Notes under the pieces: model-generated
Told to the model about the DNA's origin: nothing
What the model saw: the letters and a program-made list of their open reading frames with translations, nothing else
The model's database searches: none
Shown here: in pieces, positions 8,869 through 20,900 of the stretch
How the letters are laid out: each line of letters begins with the position of its first letter
Numbering within the stretch: position 1 is the stretch's first letter
Position numbers and translations under genes: made by a program
NCBI GenBank assembly: GCA_002811645.1
Contig: PDIP01000012.1
Span: 116,452-180,451, forward strand
DNA: 64,000 bases
Direction of reading: 5' to 3'
Origin: Corallochytrium limacisporum Hawaii
Lineage: Eukaryota; Protista; Pluriformea

Positions 8869-11445
8869 TTATGCATATTTGGGCACGTCGAAGAATGCAT
8901 GCTTTCCGACGCTACTGCGCTGATTGATATGGACCGGGGGCATGTTCGCCCGAGGCACCTGGTAGTCATCCTCGAGGTCAAAGTTGTAATATTTCTCGTC
9001 CATGCGCTTGAAATACTTCATGAGAATCAGACCAAAGATACAATGGAAGGGAAGTGCTATTGCAATCAGTCCCAATGCGAACCAAAATCCGTCGATGGCC
9101 TCATGCGTGTTGGTGCACGCAGCAACGGCAATGGCTTCATATGCCTGGGAAATTGGCAAGCACTGCGCCGCTTCGTCTTCGATAAAGGTCAGGGCCCTGC
9201 TTGCAAAGTTATCAACGATCGTGAAGACGTCGTCCACGAAATTAGTCAGTTGTGTTGAAGTGATGTTCTCACCTTCGTCAATGAAATCTTCAATGGTGTC
9301 CATAAGAGCTATCGTCTGATTCGGGATTGTGGAGGCTTCGTCTGCAAGGGCATTGACCGCAGTGGACAGGGAATCACTCGTAGTTGAGAAAGCAGAGAGG
9401 GTGTCATCGATACTGTCGATTGTGGTGATCATGCTGTCAATGGTGGCAATCATATTGGTGAGGGTGTCCCGCTGTGGACCTGCAGGAAGGGCATCCCGTG
9501 CCAGAACTACGTCAGCGCGGAAGGTCTGCAATTCTGTTTCGTATGAGGATATATCCTGATCAATAGGACTCTCGTCAAGCTCAGCGAGAATGGTGTTGAT
9601 AGTCTCTTCAGGGACGACGTTTTCGCCAAGACTAGTAATCTGCGCACGAGTGGACTCGGTAATAAGGTCCAAATCAGCAAAAGATACCAACGCTTCAAGC
9701 TCACTGTCAAGATCAAGCTGAGTTCGAAGATCTGCATATTCCGTCAGATTATACTTCTCACCCAATGAGAGCACAGTCCAAATTGCTTGATTGTTTTGGC
9801 ATCCAGTAAAAACGTTCTGGAAGGTAATAATATCACTGTCTGGCATATCCAGCAGTGCATCCGAGAGCATGTACTTGCCGCCAGTGACATCAGGATCATC
9901 AAGGACTTCGTAGAACAGTCGTTTTGTCTCAACAGGCTCACAGATGGTGCGCCAGGATGTGCCCAGGAAGAAATGGAGTGCCACAACGATAAAGACCCAA
10001 AACCCGATCAACCAGGCCACTATGGCACTGCCCTTAATCAGGCGGCCACTGGTGTTGCTTGCAAAGCTGCGGTCACAGGGTAGGACTTCATTGCTGTGTG
10101 ATGCGTAACCCATTGCTACACCGAGAAGACCAAGTGTGGCTACAAGCAGACCCAGACCTGCCATGGCAATACCGGCATATCGACGGTAGGCATCATACTT
10201 TTTCCAGTCGGACTCTTCGCCCATGTACTTGTCAATCTCACCACGCCATTTGTTCACATCAAACGTTTCATATAGGGCTTCGAGAACACTATCACGAATA
10301 TCAACCCACTGGTCCGCTATCTGAGAATCGTTGTCGGAGATCATGGTTTGAATCTCTTCGCGTGTTGACTCAGTTTCATTCATGATCAGTTCGGCCATAT
10401 CGGCAAGAATTTGCCGCCCTTCTGCTGCCTTGCCTGCGAGATCGACGTCCAAAACGTCATTCAGAGTGCTCCTTTCGTCATCCAGATTTGGAATATCGGC
10501 CGGATCAGGTCCCTGAGTGACATTATTTTGGGGAATTTCATTACAATCCAGACCAACTGAAGTGCCTGCACAATCGTCACGGAGGGTCTGTAGATCGTTG
10601 TTGAGAGTGCCCAGATCCGTATTGAGATCATTCAATTGCGTGACGATGGTGGACCTTGTGGTGATAACACTGTCAAGGAGAGTGCTCAAGCTCTGAGCGA
10701 CCACATCCATCGCCTCAATGGCGTCAAAAACATCTTCCGCGGCACCCTCAATCTCGTCTGCTATGGGCTCCGCAAGAGTCTCGCCAACGTTTAGCAGAAT
10801 ATCAATCAACTCATCCGCAATTTCTGGTATTTCGTCGACAATTTCGACCTCAACATCAGTCAAGAAGTTATTTACAAATGCCTCTATAGCATCAAGGCTA
10901 AAGTTGGATTGTTCAGCGGCAGTGTCAGGCATCGTGCTGATATTTTCGTTAGCAAGGAACGTCAAAATTGCACCGACAGCAATGAAGGCCGTAGTGATCA
11001 GAAAAAGAAGAGTGAAAATAATCTTTCTTTTTCTGCTTTCGGACTTTTGATACATCTTTCCTCCACATTTGTTGCAGCAGCAACGGCACATGCACACGCA
11101 ACATCCACCAACTGCTGTCAGAATAGCCAAGGCAAAGCCAACTGCTGTTGCGATTGCAATAGGCGTCCAGTATTCTATAATGTATTCCTGAGTTTCCTGC
11201 TCTGGCTCTGGCCCGTCGTACATGCGATACGAGATTTCGGTCTTCAAAAAAGATGTCTCCAGCTTCTTTGGCTGGATCGTGTCTTGCACCGAATCTGAAA
11301 TTGAGATAGCGCTATTAAGATACCCATTGCGAACAATGACGGGAGGACTTGCTTCCGTGACACGATCCTCCTGGGGAGGAATTTCGCCACTGACTATAGC
11401 CAGTAGCGAAGTGACGAGGATCCATCTGAGCTGCATGGCGCCCAT
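8869..11445 (-). CDS. PROM1: Prominin (CD133) family pentaspan membrane protein
   Basis: 858 aa with a signal peptide, 5 TM segments, a Cys-rich stretch after TM1 (GCCVCMCRCCCNKCGG), two large helical extracellular loops, CEP, C.PIS..Y, GFWF and LMKYFKRM. Confidence 0.9.
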   Translation of the reverse strand: MGAMQLRWILVTSLLAIVSGEIPPQEDRVTEASPPVIVRNGYLNSAISISDSVQDTIQPKKLETSFLKTEISYRMYDGPEPEQETQEYIIEYWTPIAIATAVGFALAILTAVGGCCVCMCRCCCNKCGGKMYQKSESRKRKIIFTLLFLITTAFIAVGAILTFLANENISTMPDTAAEQSNFSLDAIEAFVNNFLTDVEVEIVDEIPEIADELIDILLNVGETLAEPIADEIEGAAEDVFDAIEAMDVVAQSLSTLLDSVITTRSTIVTQLNDLNTDLGTLNNDLQTLRDDCAGTSVGLDCNEIPQNNVTQGPDPADIPNLDDERSTLNDVLDVDLAGKAAEGRQILADMAELIMNETESTREEIQTMISDNDSQIADQWVDIRDSVLEALYETFDVNKWRGEIDKYMGEESDWKKYDAYRRYAGIAMAGLGLLVATLGLLGVAMGYASHSNEVLPCDRSFASNTSGRLIKGSAIVAWLIGFWVFIVVALHFFLGTSWRTICEPVETKRLFYEVLDDPDVTGGKYMLSDALLDMPDSDIITFQNVFTGCQNNQAIWTVLSLGEKYNLTEYADLRTQLDLDSELEALVSFADLDLITESTRAQITSLGENVVPEETINTILAELDESPIDQDISSYETELQTFRADVVLARDALPAGPQRDTLTNMIATIDSMITTIDSIDDTLSAFSTTSDSLSTAVNALADEASTIPNQTIALMDTIEDFIDEGENITSTQLTNFVDDVFTIVDNFASRALTFIEDEAAQCLPISQAYEAIAVAACTNTHEAIDGFWFALGLIAIALPFHCIFGLILMKYFKRMDEKYYNFDLEDDYQVPRANMPPVHINQRSSVGKHAFFDVPKYA

Positions 11446-13798
11446 TCAGGAATCCCGTGCGTTGAAGCTTCTCGCTTTAGTCAGCACACCAGATGCCCCT
11501 TGTAAAGCCTACGCCAGTACAACCAAGTTTTCAGAGGCTCACACAGTATACACGTTCAGTCGTTCTCCCACATACGACTGTGAATTACTTGTATGACAAG
11601 TACCTTACAAAATGGACTCTCCTAGTCAAACACCTGAGATCGTCCATAGCCCTTCAGACTCTGAAAGAAATTCTCTATCTCAAATAGATGGCCTGTGGAT
11701 CAGTGCTGGCGGTGTATCTTTGTTCCGTCTTGTGACAGTGGACATTGAATTCGTCCCCGTTCTGCTTCAGCGCTGGCAATGGCCTTTCCCCCCCCCCCAC
11801 ACCCGGGCGGCTGCTTCGCGCCGAAGATTCAATGAAAGGCGCAGTGACCCACGGCCATATCGGAGGTCTACAAGGTCAGAATGGGATACAAATTGCGGGC
11901 TGCTGACCAGAGGATTCCCTACCCCCGGAGGCAATAGATCGTGCGCATCTTGGAACCTGCTTCATTCACTCGCCCAGTGATGCTCGTTGCGGGTCCGTTT
12001 GTTTGTCACGGTTTTTTTGACGTACCATCAGCTGAGTCCTGACGAGAATCATTGAAACTCGTGTTTCCTTTGCTCATCGCCATCATCACTTAATTACAAA
12101 GGACACAGCCCAATTTGAATTCAAATTAACCATGTCCTCCAACAAAAGTGTGCAAGGATGTCCAAATGCCAACCTCATACCGGCCACTTTGGACTCTGTC
12201 CGGTTGCTCAGTCCCTCCCCTCCCCATCTTTTCGCATGTGGGACTGTTGTCCATGGTCGGACCGGGACCCAATCGTGTCTCCGCACACTCAGTACCGGTA
12301 TCCACCCAACTCCGCCCACCGGTCTCCAACGCGCACCGCGTTTTTTACCCCGTGCGCGGTGCGGTTCCCCAACCAGCCGGCCCGCCCCCCTCCTTAAATC
12401 GCAAGAGAAGCGCGACTCTGGGCACCCCGCGCCTTCCCCGCCAGTCTTCCGCGGTTCTTCCTCTTTTTTTTTTTCGCTTGGTTTTCCTTTGGGTCTTTGG
12501 TTTTACTTTCACTACTGTTTTGCCGTGTGTGTATGCTTTCCTTGTGGGACCCCGTGCTCGTTCACTGGTGCCTTCCGCTCGGTAGGCAGGCGCTCTTGGT
12601 ATATAAAATGTATGGACCAGGTGGCCCGGAGAGAGGAGGGGAGACGTTCAAGCAACCCATGCAGAAAGACAACGTACGGCATGTTACACCCACTTTCCGT
12701 AGATTGCCAAGCAGGAATCCGCCACAGAAAGAGAAGTGAAGGCGAACAGACTGAAGAAACAGTTGAATGATGCCCACGGCTGGACCATTACACAAAGGCA
12801 GGAATTTTACCATTCAGTTTGGCAGCCCTGCGCAAGAGGCGGTGCTTAAGGGCTGCCATGGTAGTGGGCACTAGCATCGCAAGCCCGGTCCCCCATTAGC
12901 CTTCTGACTTCACCTTCCACAGTGGGTATGTGTCAAGGGGTTCTGAATGAGCAGGCAGAACATGGAGTGTTGTCGCGCAGCGGTGAAGGAATTTTCTTCG
13001 CCATTTCCTCACAACGTCGCCCTGCCGCAGAAGTCATCATCGCTCACTATCGCAAAATGCTAGCTGTCTCGCATCACCATCAGCCTGGCAATGAAATTGG
13101 TGCTCATCATCTGCTTTTCGGAAGCCAACAGTTGCCTGTTTAGGGAGGTTCGTACGGAACAGCTGCGGTCAGTGTACGGCAGGAAATGGAGACGTGTGTG
13201 CTTCGTTCGCATTGCAGTTGGATAGAAGAGATCAGTAACTTAATGAGAATAACTTTCAACTCTTCCCTGCTGCTGTGTGATGCTGCGCCGCAGAAATCGT
13301 CCGCGCAGCAACCACATCAACAGTTGTATTGGAGCGAGCAACCCAGTGCACGTATCCGTCGGTGTCCGTCCAGTAGGTAGCTCCAAGGGTGCCCCCCCCC
13401 CCTCTCTTTTCCATCCTACAGTGGAAAACCAGGGAAACAATTCTAATGGGGCCGCGAGAAATTGGGGGTGGGGGAAGCCGACAGAACGGCATTCTCAGAG
13501 CCCGGCCCATGCTGGTCCCCCCCACACACCAGTATGGTAGTACACTGGGAGATTGCGTGGTACGCGCACCTTTATGCACAGAGTAAGGGGGGGAGAGGAG
13601 AACTTTGAATCTTCTTCGTGGCTTCCGGGCCCCGCCAAGTCTTGGGGGCGCGGGTGGAGGGGCCTGTCGGGTTTCCGGCACAGTCCGCCCGGTTCAGTAC
13701 TTAATCAATTGAACATATAGTGAATGTATAGAAGTGGTTGTGTCATTAATTGATCAATATTTCTTAGCCACCGCAAGCCATTTCTGGGCGGGTCAGTC

Positions 13799-13807
13799 GG
13801 CGCGAAA
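13799..13807 (-). promoter_or_regulatory. E2F-type site upstream of the FANCF-like gene
   Basis: GGCGCGAAA on + (TTTCGCGCC on -), about 140 bp upstream of ATG 13943. Confidence 0.45.
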
Positions 13808-13942
13808 GCTTTGAAAATGTAGTATGTATAGCATTTCTTTCTACACTATGCACAGATTAACCTCAAACTATGAGAAGCATCCAGTTCTTCAGGAGCGCAT
13901 TGATGAATCGTGCTGACGGTGCCTTTACACAATCACATTACC

Positions 13943-14938
13943 ATGACGTTAACGGAGAAGACTTCTCAGTTTCGACACTTCATTAGTCACCTCCATGATG
14001 TGGTACACCATTTCTACATTTATCTCGCACTGCGGCCCCAGCTGATCTCCTCCGACACCCATGAGCAAGTCGTTCGTTACATTGATGGATGGTGCGAAGT
14101 TGTAAGACGAAATGAACCAAAGATCAAAGAGCAATATGCGATCTTCGCGGAGCAGGCGAGAAGGCAGTGTGTTCCAGTGCCCTTGATCACAGAGGACGAC
14201 TACATGCGACCCATGCAGTCCTTTTTCATTTCGAAAATTATAGTTCCAGCACTGATCATGCAACCAAAGCATGTACAAGAAACATTGACAAAGCTGAGAC
14301 GGGTTTGCAGTGCTGAAGATTACATGACTCTTCAGGATCAGTACAAGTGTGCAAGACAAGGGCCTAAGCCGAACAAGACGGAACTACATAGACCCAGCAT
14401 GGAGAATATGGCTGCCTTTTACTACTTTAGTAGCATACCATGCGAAACAGGTGCTCTGGACAACCAGAAGAGTGTAGAGTTATGTTTTCACTACCTTCAT
14501 GCGGTCAATCGAAAGCATGGATGGTCATATGCCTTGGGAGTGTTTTGTCGTCTCGAGGATCTTTGCCAATCCCATGGACTGGAACCAGGGGTTGGTCAGA
14601 ACGCCATTGAGGAGTTCATCGAGTGGCATGTACAGCAGAACCGTGAAAAGTTAAGCCAGGTCGCGTTGGCCCTCTTGCAATGCAATCACCACATTTTGCG
14701 GCAAGCTGCTTATCGATTTCCGGATCTGTTGTACGACTCAGACGTCAGTGTGCTGAGAGTGGTTGTCGGCGGGCTCAAGCGAGCCAATCGCAGCACCGCG
14801 AACTACGAGGAGGCCTTCCAGACAATGTTGGACATCGTCCCCAAAAACCGCCGAAGGCATCTGCAGATTCTAGCCATGAAGACCTATGGTGATGGACCTT
14901 ATGCTCCGTGGATACAACGCTTGGGAATGGTTTCATAA
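13943..14938 (+). CDS. Helical protein, tentatively FANCF-like
   Basis: 331-codon ORF from ATG 13943 that looks coding. Weak visual resemblance to FANCF N- and C-terminal segments only. Confidence 0.6.
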   Translation: MTLTEKTSQFRHFISHLHDVVHHFYIYLALRPQLISSDTHEQVVRYIDGWCEVVRRNEPKIKEQYAIFAEQARRQCVPVPLITEDDYMRPMQSFFISKIIVPALIMQPKHVQETLTKLRRVCSAEDYMTLQDQYKCARQGPKPNKTELHRPSMENMAAFYYFSSIPCETGALDNQKSVELCFHYLHAVNRKHGWSYALGVFCRLEDLCQSHGLEPGVGQNAIEEFIEWHVQQNREKLSQVALALLQCNHHILRQAAYRFPDLLYDSDVSVLRVVVGGLKRANRSTANYEEAFQTMLDIVPKNRRRHLQILAMKTYGDGPYAPWIQRLGMVS

Positions 14939-14979
14939 GATTTCTTACTATTCTGTTCTATTAAATGAACAATTCATTT

Positions 14980-17900
14980 CTATTTTGCGTCTTCGAAGCG
15001 ATGTACCTGTGCATCAGCATTTAGGCACTGCTTCTTGGCCGCACTCCTGATTTCAGTCGTGTGAGCTCCTACCCACTCTGCCATGCCAGGCACAATCTTC
15101 GCATTGTTCAAGAATTGCAGGAATGCAAAAGTGGCCTTCCGCATGTTGGCTTTCTCAATTACTGCCAGGCAACCATCAAGGAACATTGTGACAAACGTCG
15201 CGTTCGAGGGGGATACCTTCTCGATAAGATGCTCAGCTGTCTGGTACAAGCGATTGAATTCCGCGTCAGTAGTAGCCTTGATCAACTCATTGGCTAAGGC
15301 GGTCGTACACGCCCTGGACTGTCCCGGGTCCTTGAGCAGAACCGTATTCATATACTGCGGGGCCGCGACCAGTGAGATGCCTTGGCTGACCACTGTCCAA
15401 CACTGGACAAATGTGAATTCAGGCATATTTTCCTTCTCTCCCATCTCAAGGAGGTTGCGCGCCACATTGAGTGCAAAGAGAATGATTCCTTGCATGTTGA
15501 TCAGATTTGTCATATTTCCAAATTTGCCATTCTTTGCGTCGATCTGGTCACTGCGAGCGGCCTCGAAGGCTTCTTGCAACTGTTTGAACACACACTCGTC
15601 GAGGTGCTCGTCTTGTATGCGCTTCATGACGGTTGGCTGATGTTGTACCACAATGGCTAACAGGCAGTAGACAAAATTACCGGTATCAGGCACATCCACT
15701 GATCGCTTAGCAAGAGTAATGAGCGTCTCGGTACACTTTTCCAACACCCGTGCCCTCTCCTCAGGGCCCACCGAGATCTCTTCCTCTTTCAAACACAGAG
15801 TGCGAAGCATAGTCTTCGTGATTTCAACCACATCGGGTTGGACACGCTTCGTGCCTTCGAACTGGAACATTTCTGCAAAGAAATCCTTGTCCGCAAAGTA
15901 CTCCATGATGACCGTAGTGTGGACAGAAAGGCCAAGCAGTGCCGTCTTCCAATGATTCAGTTGTTCGTCAGTAACCTTATCACTGCGGTACAGGACCTCC
16001 AACATGTAGCGCACAATTGTCCTCGCGACCTCCCCAGCTCTCTTTGGACATTCCTTGATAGTACTTTGCACTTCCATGGAGTGGTACCACTGCATCAAGA
16101 ACTTCTCAATGGCGGGATGGAAAAGTTGCAAGTTGCGGACCAGGGACTTGTTCTTGCGCTGAATTACGTTCATGGCATCATCCATAATGGTGCTGCTCCT
16201 CATTTGCAAAACATCGACAGATTCGTTCTCAGATGCGTTGTCTTCGATATCCTTGCGGTCATAGACCAACAGGTACGCGCTGAAGTTCTTCGGGAACTGT
16301 TCTCCATTCTCATCCATCATCTGACCACCGAAACAAAGTTCTGGGATCATAGACGTGTCAAATGGCAGCACATCCTCATCATTGTACTCAAACCATTCAC
16401 CAGTCTCGCGGTCACAGAGGACACTGAAGTAGTGTCCAGCGTCAATATTGCCCTGATGAACAACGACACCCTTCAGTTGGTACTCAAAGCCTCCGCTCCG
16501 CTTCGGATCCAACAACACCGACTTGTGCATGTACGGTTCAAGATCCAGGGTATGAGGGAAGCGGCAATAAGAATCCACCTTAGTGTTTGTGAGACTCCGC
16601 AGATCAAAGGCGAAGCGCTTGAGATGGATAACGAGGTGCCGTGGATTGCTACCAAGCACGGTCCTCTTCACTGCAACCGTGCGCTTCTCGCACTTATCAC
16701 AAAAGTACTTGTTAGGTCCATCGAGGGTCTCAGATTGGATCAACGAAGCCAAAGAGTCGGTTATGTCATTGAGGTCCTGAATCTCCAGACCCAGTGTGTA
16801 GAAGGGTTCTGTTGTGGTGCTCACATGGCCACAATCCTGGCTCAGAATCTCCTGCAGGTAGTAGCCACCAATGTGCTCACGCCAAATGTCAGAGGAACCA
16901 GACTTCTGTCCTTCCCGTTCCAGGCGATCAATAAACATATTCAGGAACTCTTGTGCATCCATTTGCTGCATGACATTCAACTTGTTTCCATCAAAATCGC
17001 GCAGAAGGCTACATATCATGATGGGATCAAAGGCTCTAGCGTAGGAGAAACTCAGGAAAGAAAACAGCCGCTGCAATTGACCTGTCATTGTCTGCTGCAT
17101 CCTCTGAAGTTCCGTGCGGGTGTTGTTCTCATCGTCTTCCGCAGGAATCTGGGTGATGTCGATATCCCAGCTCCTCAGCACGTCGCCTCGAATGGCAGGA
17201 ATGGCAAAGAGCTGTTGATATACGCTGTTCATATAGCACGTACTGCCAAGGTTCCTGAGACCCACTCGGCCAGTCGTTCCCAGCACTTCCGCCTCTGGGC
17301 GAATAATCCAGCGGCCGGAAGAGCTTGCAAACTGTTCATCCATAATCGCGTGGAAAATGTTCTTCACCACTGCTGACTCCGAATCATCTTGACGAACTAA
17401 CCGAAGGCAGAGGTCTAGAGAAGCTTGAATGGCAGACTTCGGATGAAGCCAATTTGCAGTGCGTTCGGTACTTTCTTCTGAGTTTGGCACGGCAAAGAAG
17501 ATAATCTTCTGCATAAGACTGCCACCGATTTCAGTCTCAAATTTCACATCATGAACAAGAGTACGGTCCCTATCAAGAATTGAGCTTATAGCCTCGCACA
17601 AAGCCACGAACACATTGGTCAGCCCTCCTTCTTGATGATCCGCCAGAAGAGACAGATCAAAGTTGAGCAACGGCGGGATGAGATCCGCGTATACTCTCAC
17701 AATTTCTTCGCGGAAATTCTCAAAATCAGGTGGTGGCAAGAGCTGAATGTATCTGCGCAGAAGGCTCAGATAGGGACGAGCCTTTGTGAGGGACTCGCTA
17801 ATTCCACAGGACATTTTCAACACTCTCACACCCAGGGCGTTCCGAAGCAAAGTGGATTGTTCAATGTACAGTTTGCTGGGCGTGGCATGTTCGGGCCAAG

Positions 17901-20900
17901 CTCCTAGCAGAATATCCCCAAGGGCCTGGGCACTCCATTGTCTGGTGACATCATCCTCCGAGGAAAGCACAATCCTTGTCATCCACTTCGCAAACTTTTC
18001 TTCCCCCGTAACTTCATCAAGAAGATGAGACTGGAAGCGCCACATCACCATCAACATCGAAAATCCATCACAGAACAAATGCTGCTTGCGATCCACCAAG
18101 TCCTTGTTCTGGATCAGAATAAAGGCATTCTCCCTGTTGTGCAGAGACATATTTGAAATCGCTGCCAACATCGCCATGATTGCTGTAGAGAGCACAGTCG
18201 CTCTGCCTTCGAATGCCTTGTGTACAGTGTCATCAGGAATCAATTCACGGCAAGTTATCTGGCAGCCTTGAATGGTTTCATCAGGGTGTTTTAGAGATGA
18301 CTTAATCACGCCGTGGCAGGGTCGCAAGAACAAGCTGCAAACCAAATCCAAGGTGGATTCCAGCACAAGCATGTCGACGATCAACTCAGTCTCGTCACCA
18401 GTATCACGGATTGATGCCTCATCCCTGCGATGACACATCGCAATGAACTTGTCCAGAAGGCTGGCACATCGCAATTCCTCCTGGATTTGGTCAGTTCCAG
18501 ACAAATTCTCCGAAGCCTGAGGTCCGTCAATGAAGTAGTCCTGTGTATCCTTGTCTTGGCCGCACAATTTGAGTCGCAGGATGCGAGTATTATAAAGGTC
18601 GAGGAATGGATTAGAGTCTCCATCCTCCTTTGGGAGCGGAATGACATTTACGCCATCATGGTGGCCATTGCCATTGGAACCTTGCTCACGGACCATCTCC
18701 ACAACCTGTTGACCTATATGGTATGGCACCGGGACTTGATCCAGAATGGTCCACGCTGCGCATGCAACTGCCAGCGACTTGTCTGAAAGCAGCTCATGAA
18801 GACGCTCGTATAGACCATTGGCATACAAGATCTGCCACTCTAGCGGCGTGGCATTGTCATCATCTTCATGAAGAGCGCCGTTGCTGCGGTTACTGTTGCT
18901 GCGTAGGGCCACCTTAAGCATGCCAAATTTGGATCTTTCGAGCGAGTCTCCTTCCGAATTTATGGACACATCAGTTGAGATCTCGGGCACGCCGGTGGAG
19001 GTAGTCCCGCTTGATTTACCGTGCCGACGAAGCTTGAAGAACCTCGACTTCTGTTCCCGATTAACCACCGTGACCGTGACATTGTCATCAACGCCATACT
19101 TTGAAATGGATTTGAACCTCTTTGACTCCGGAATCGGGCGATCTCCCACGTAGATCTTGATGGGAGCACTCTGAGGGAGTGCCGCAGCAGACCGCACAGC
19201 CCAGTAAAGCTGATGTACTGTGGCCACGGGAGACAACCTAAGAATGACCGCTTCTTCGGGCTGTCCAGCGATCTTGCAAGTGCACGGCACAGTGATCTCC
19301 GGCGTTGCTGACGAGCCACTTCCTCTGGGGCGATCGCTTGCAAGTGAATGCGGTCTAACATTCTTCAGGCTAGAGAACTGAGTACTAGGCGACTTCACCT
19401 TGCTTGCCTTCTTTGGATGGGTCAGAATGCGGTTGTGAGCATACCATTCACTCACCTTCTGAATAATGCGCAAGAGGTGGACAATCTGCTGCTCTCCCGC
19501 ATCCGATTCGATTGCCTTCACTAGGTGTTTCTGAGTGATGCTTTGGAAATGACGATGCGACTCAACTACAACCTTTGGTTTCACACCGGGGGAAATGCGC
19601 TTGAGCAAGTCAATGGCCAACTGCTCGGCCAGAGCACTGACGGATGCATCTTTGCACTTACCGAAAATTCTCCATACCGCATCAAGCCCAACAATGCTGT
19701 TGAAATCAAGGACATACAGGCTGACATCATCTGTGAGGGTCTCAGAGAACCACACAGACGGGTCATTATCTTCCTCCTGATTGTTGATCGTGGTATCCTG
19801 CTCCACATCAAGGCTGCGGTATTTGCTCAGACTATTCACAAGATAGCCACCCTTATATGGATTTACGTAACCTGGCCCTTGTTGAGAATTCGTGGACCCC
19901 TGAACTTCCAAGCTGCCACGCTCTGTGCCTTCCGGTGATGCGTCACTGTCCTTTTTCGTAAGCTTTCTAACTGTCTTCTCCTCGAAATCAACCTTTCCCT
20001 TATAACGATTGATGATAAAGAAGTACCGCTGGAATATTGCGAAACGGAGATTACAGACCTCCATCTTTGAGAACTGACAGATACGATCTGTGAAGAGGTT
20101 CATTGCCGTATCCAACTCAAACGCCGAACTTCTCTTGCTGCCCACATGAATCGACAAGAACCAACGCAATGCCGTGTTTGTCGCCTCCACTTCCGCAGTT
20201 GGGGATGTGTAGTAGTCCCACAGGGCGAATACTTGCGTCTTGGTCAAAACTTGTGAGCAATTGCAAAGATACATGTCCAAGAACTCAAAGCGAACCTTCG
20301 CATTCTTGGCAGCATCGGATTCCAATTTTTCTTGGTTCTTAAGACCATTCATCAGGACATTAAGAATATGCAATTCGGAAAGTCTGTCCAGGAAATCCGT
20401 TAGGTTAGGTCGACGGCGAGTCCATCGATTGTTTGGCGCATTCTTCAGCATCTTCAAGAGGATGGACATCGCCGGAATCTCTCCATTGCCGGATGCAATA
20501 ACTTCAACACAGTACTCCACAATTTTCAGCTTGAGATCATCCGGGACCTCAACTGCAATAATCATGCAAGCATTATGTGCTGCATCACTCAAAGGGTTGT
20601 TCAGACCAGCTGACTCCTTCAAAGTGTGGAATAAGATGGTTGCGCCACGTTGAAACGGTTCTTCCAGACCTCTCAGGAGAGCATTCACCGCCAAAGTCTT
20701 TGCTAACTCCACCCATCTGACGTCGCGCTCTCGGCTTCCGCTGGATTCTACAAAGCCCATTGCTCTGGATATAGCATCCTTAGTTGCTTTCTGGGACACG
20801 TGCCCTGCAAGATCATAGAGAGCCTTCCGGATGCTGGAATGCTGGTCAATTGAGCGACTGAGAATGCTGGTGAGGATTCCATCCATCAAGACATTCCTAT

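Noticed and set aside
15838-17376. 512-aa plus-strand ORF and other long antisense ORFs inside genes
   Set aside because: These are antisense shadows of real CDSs, with no recognisable motifs.
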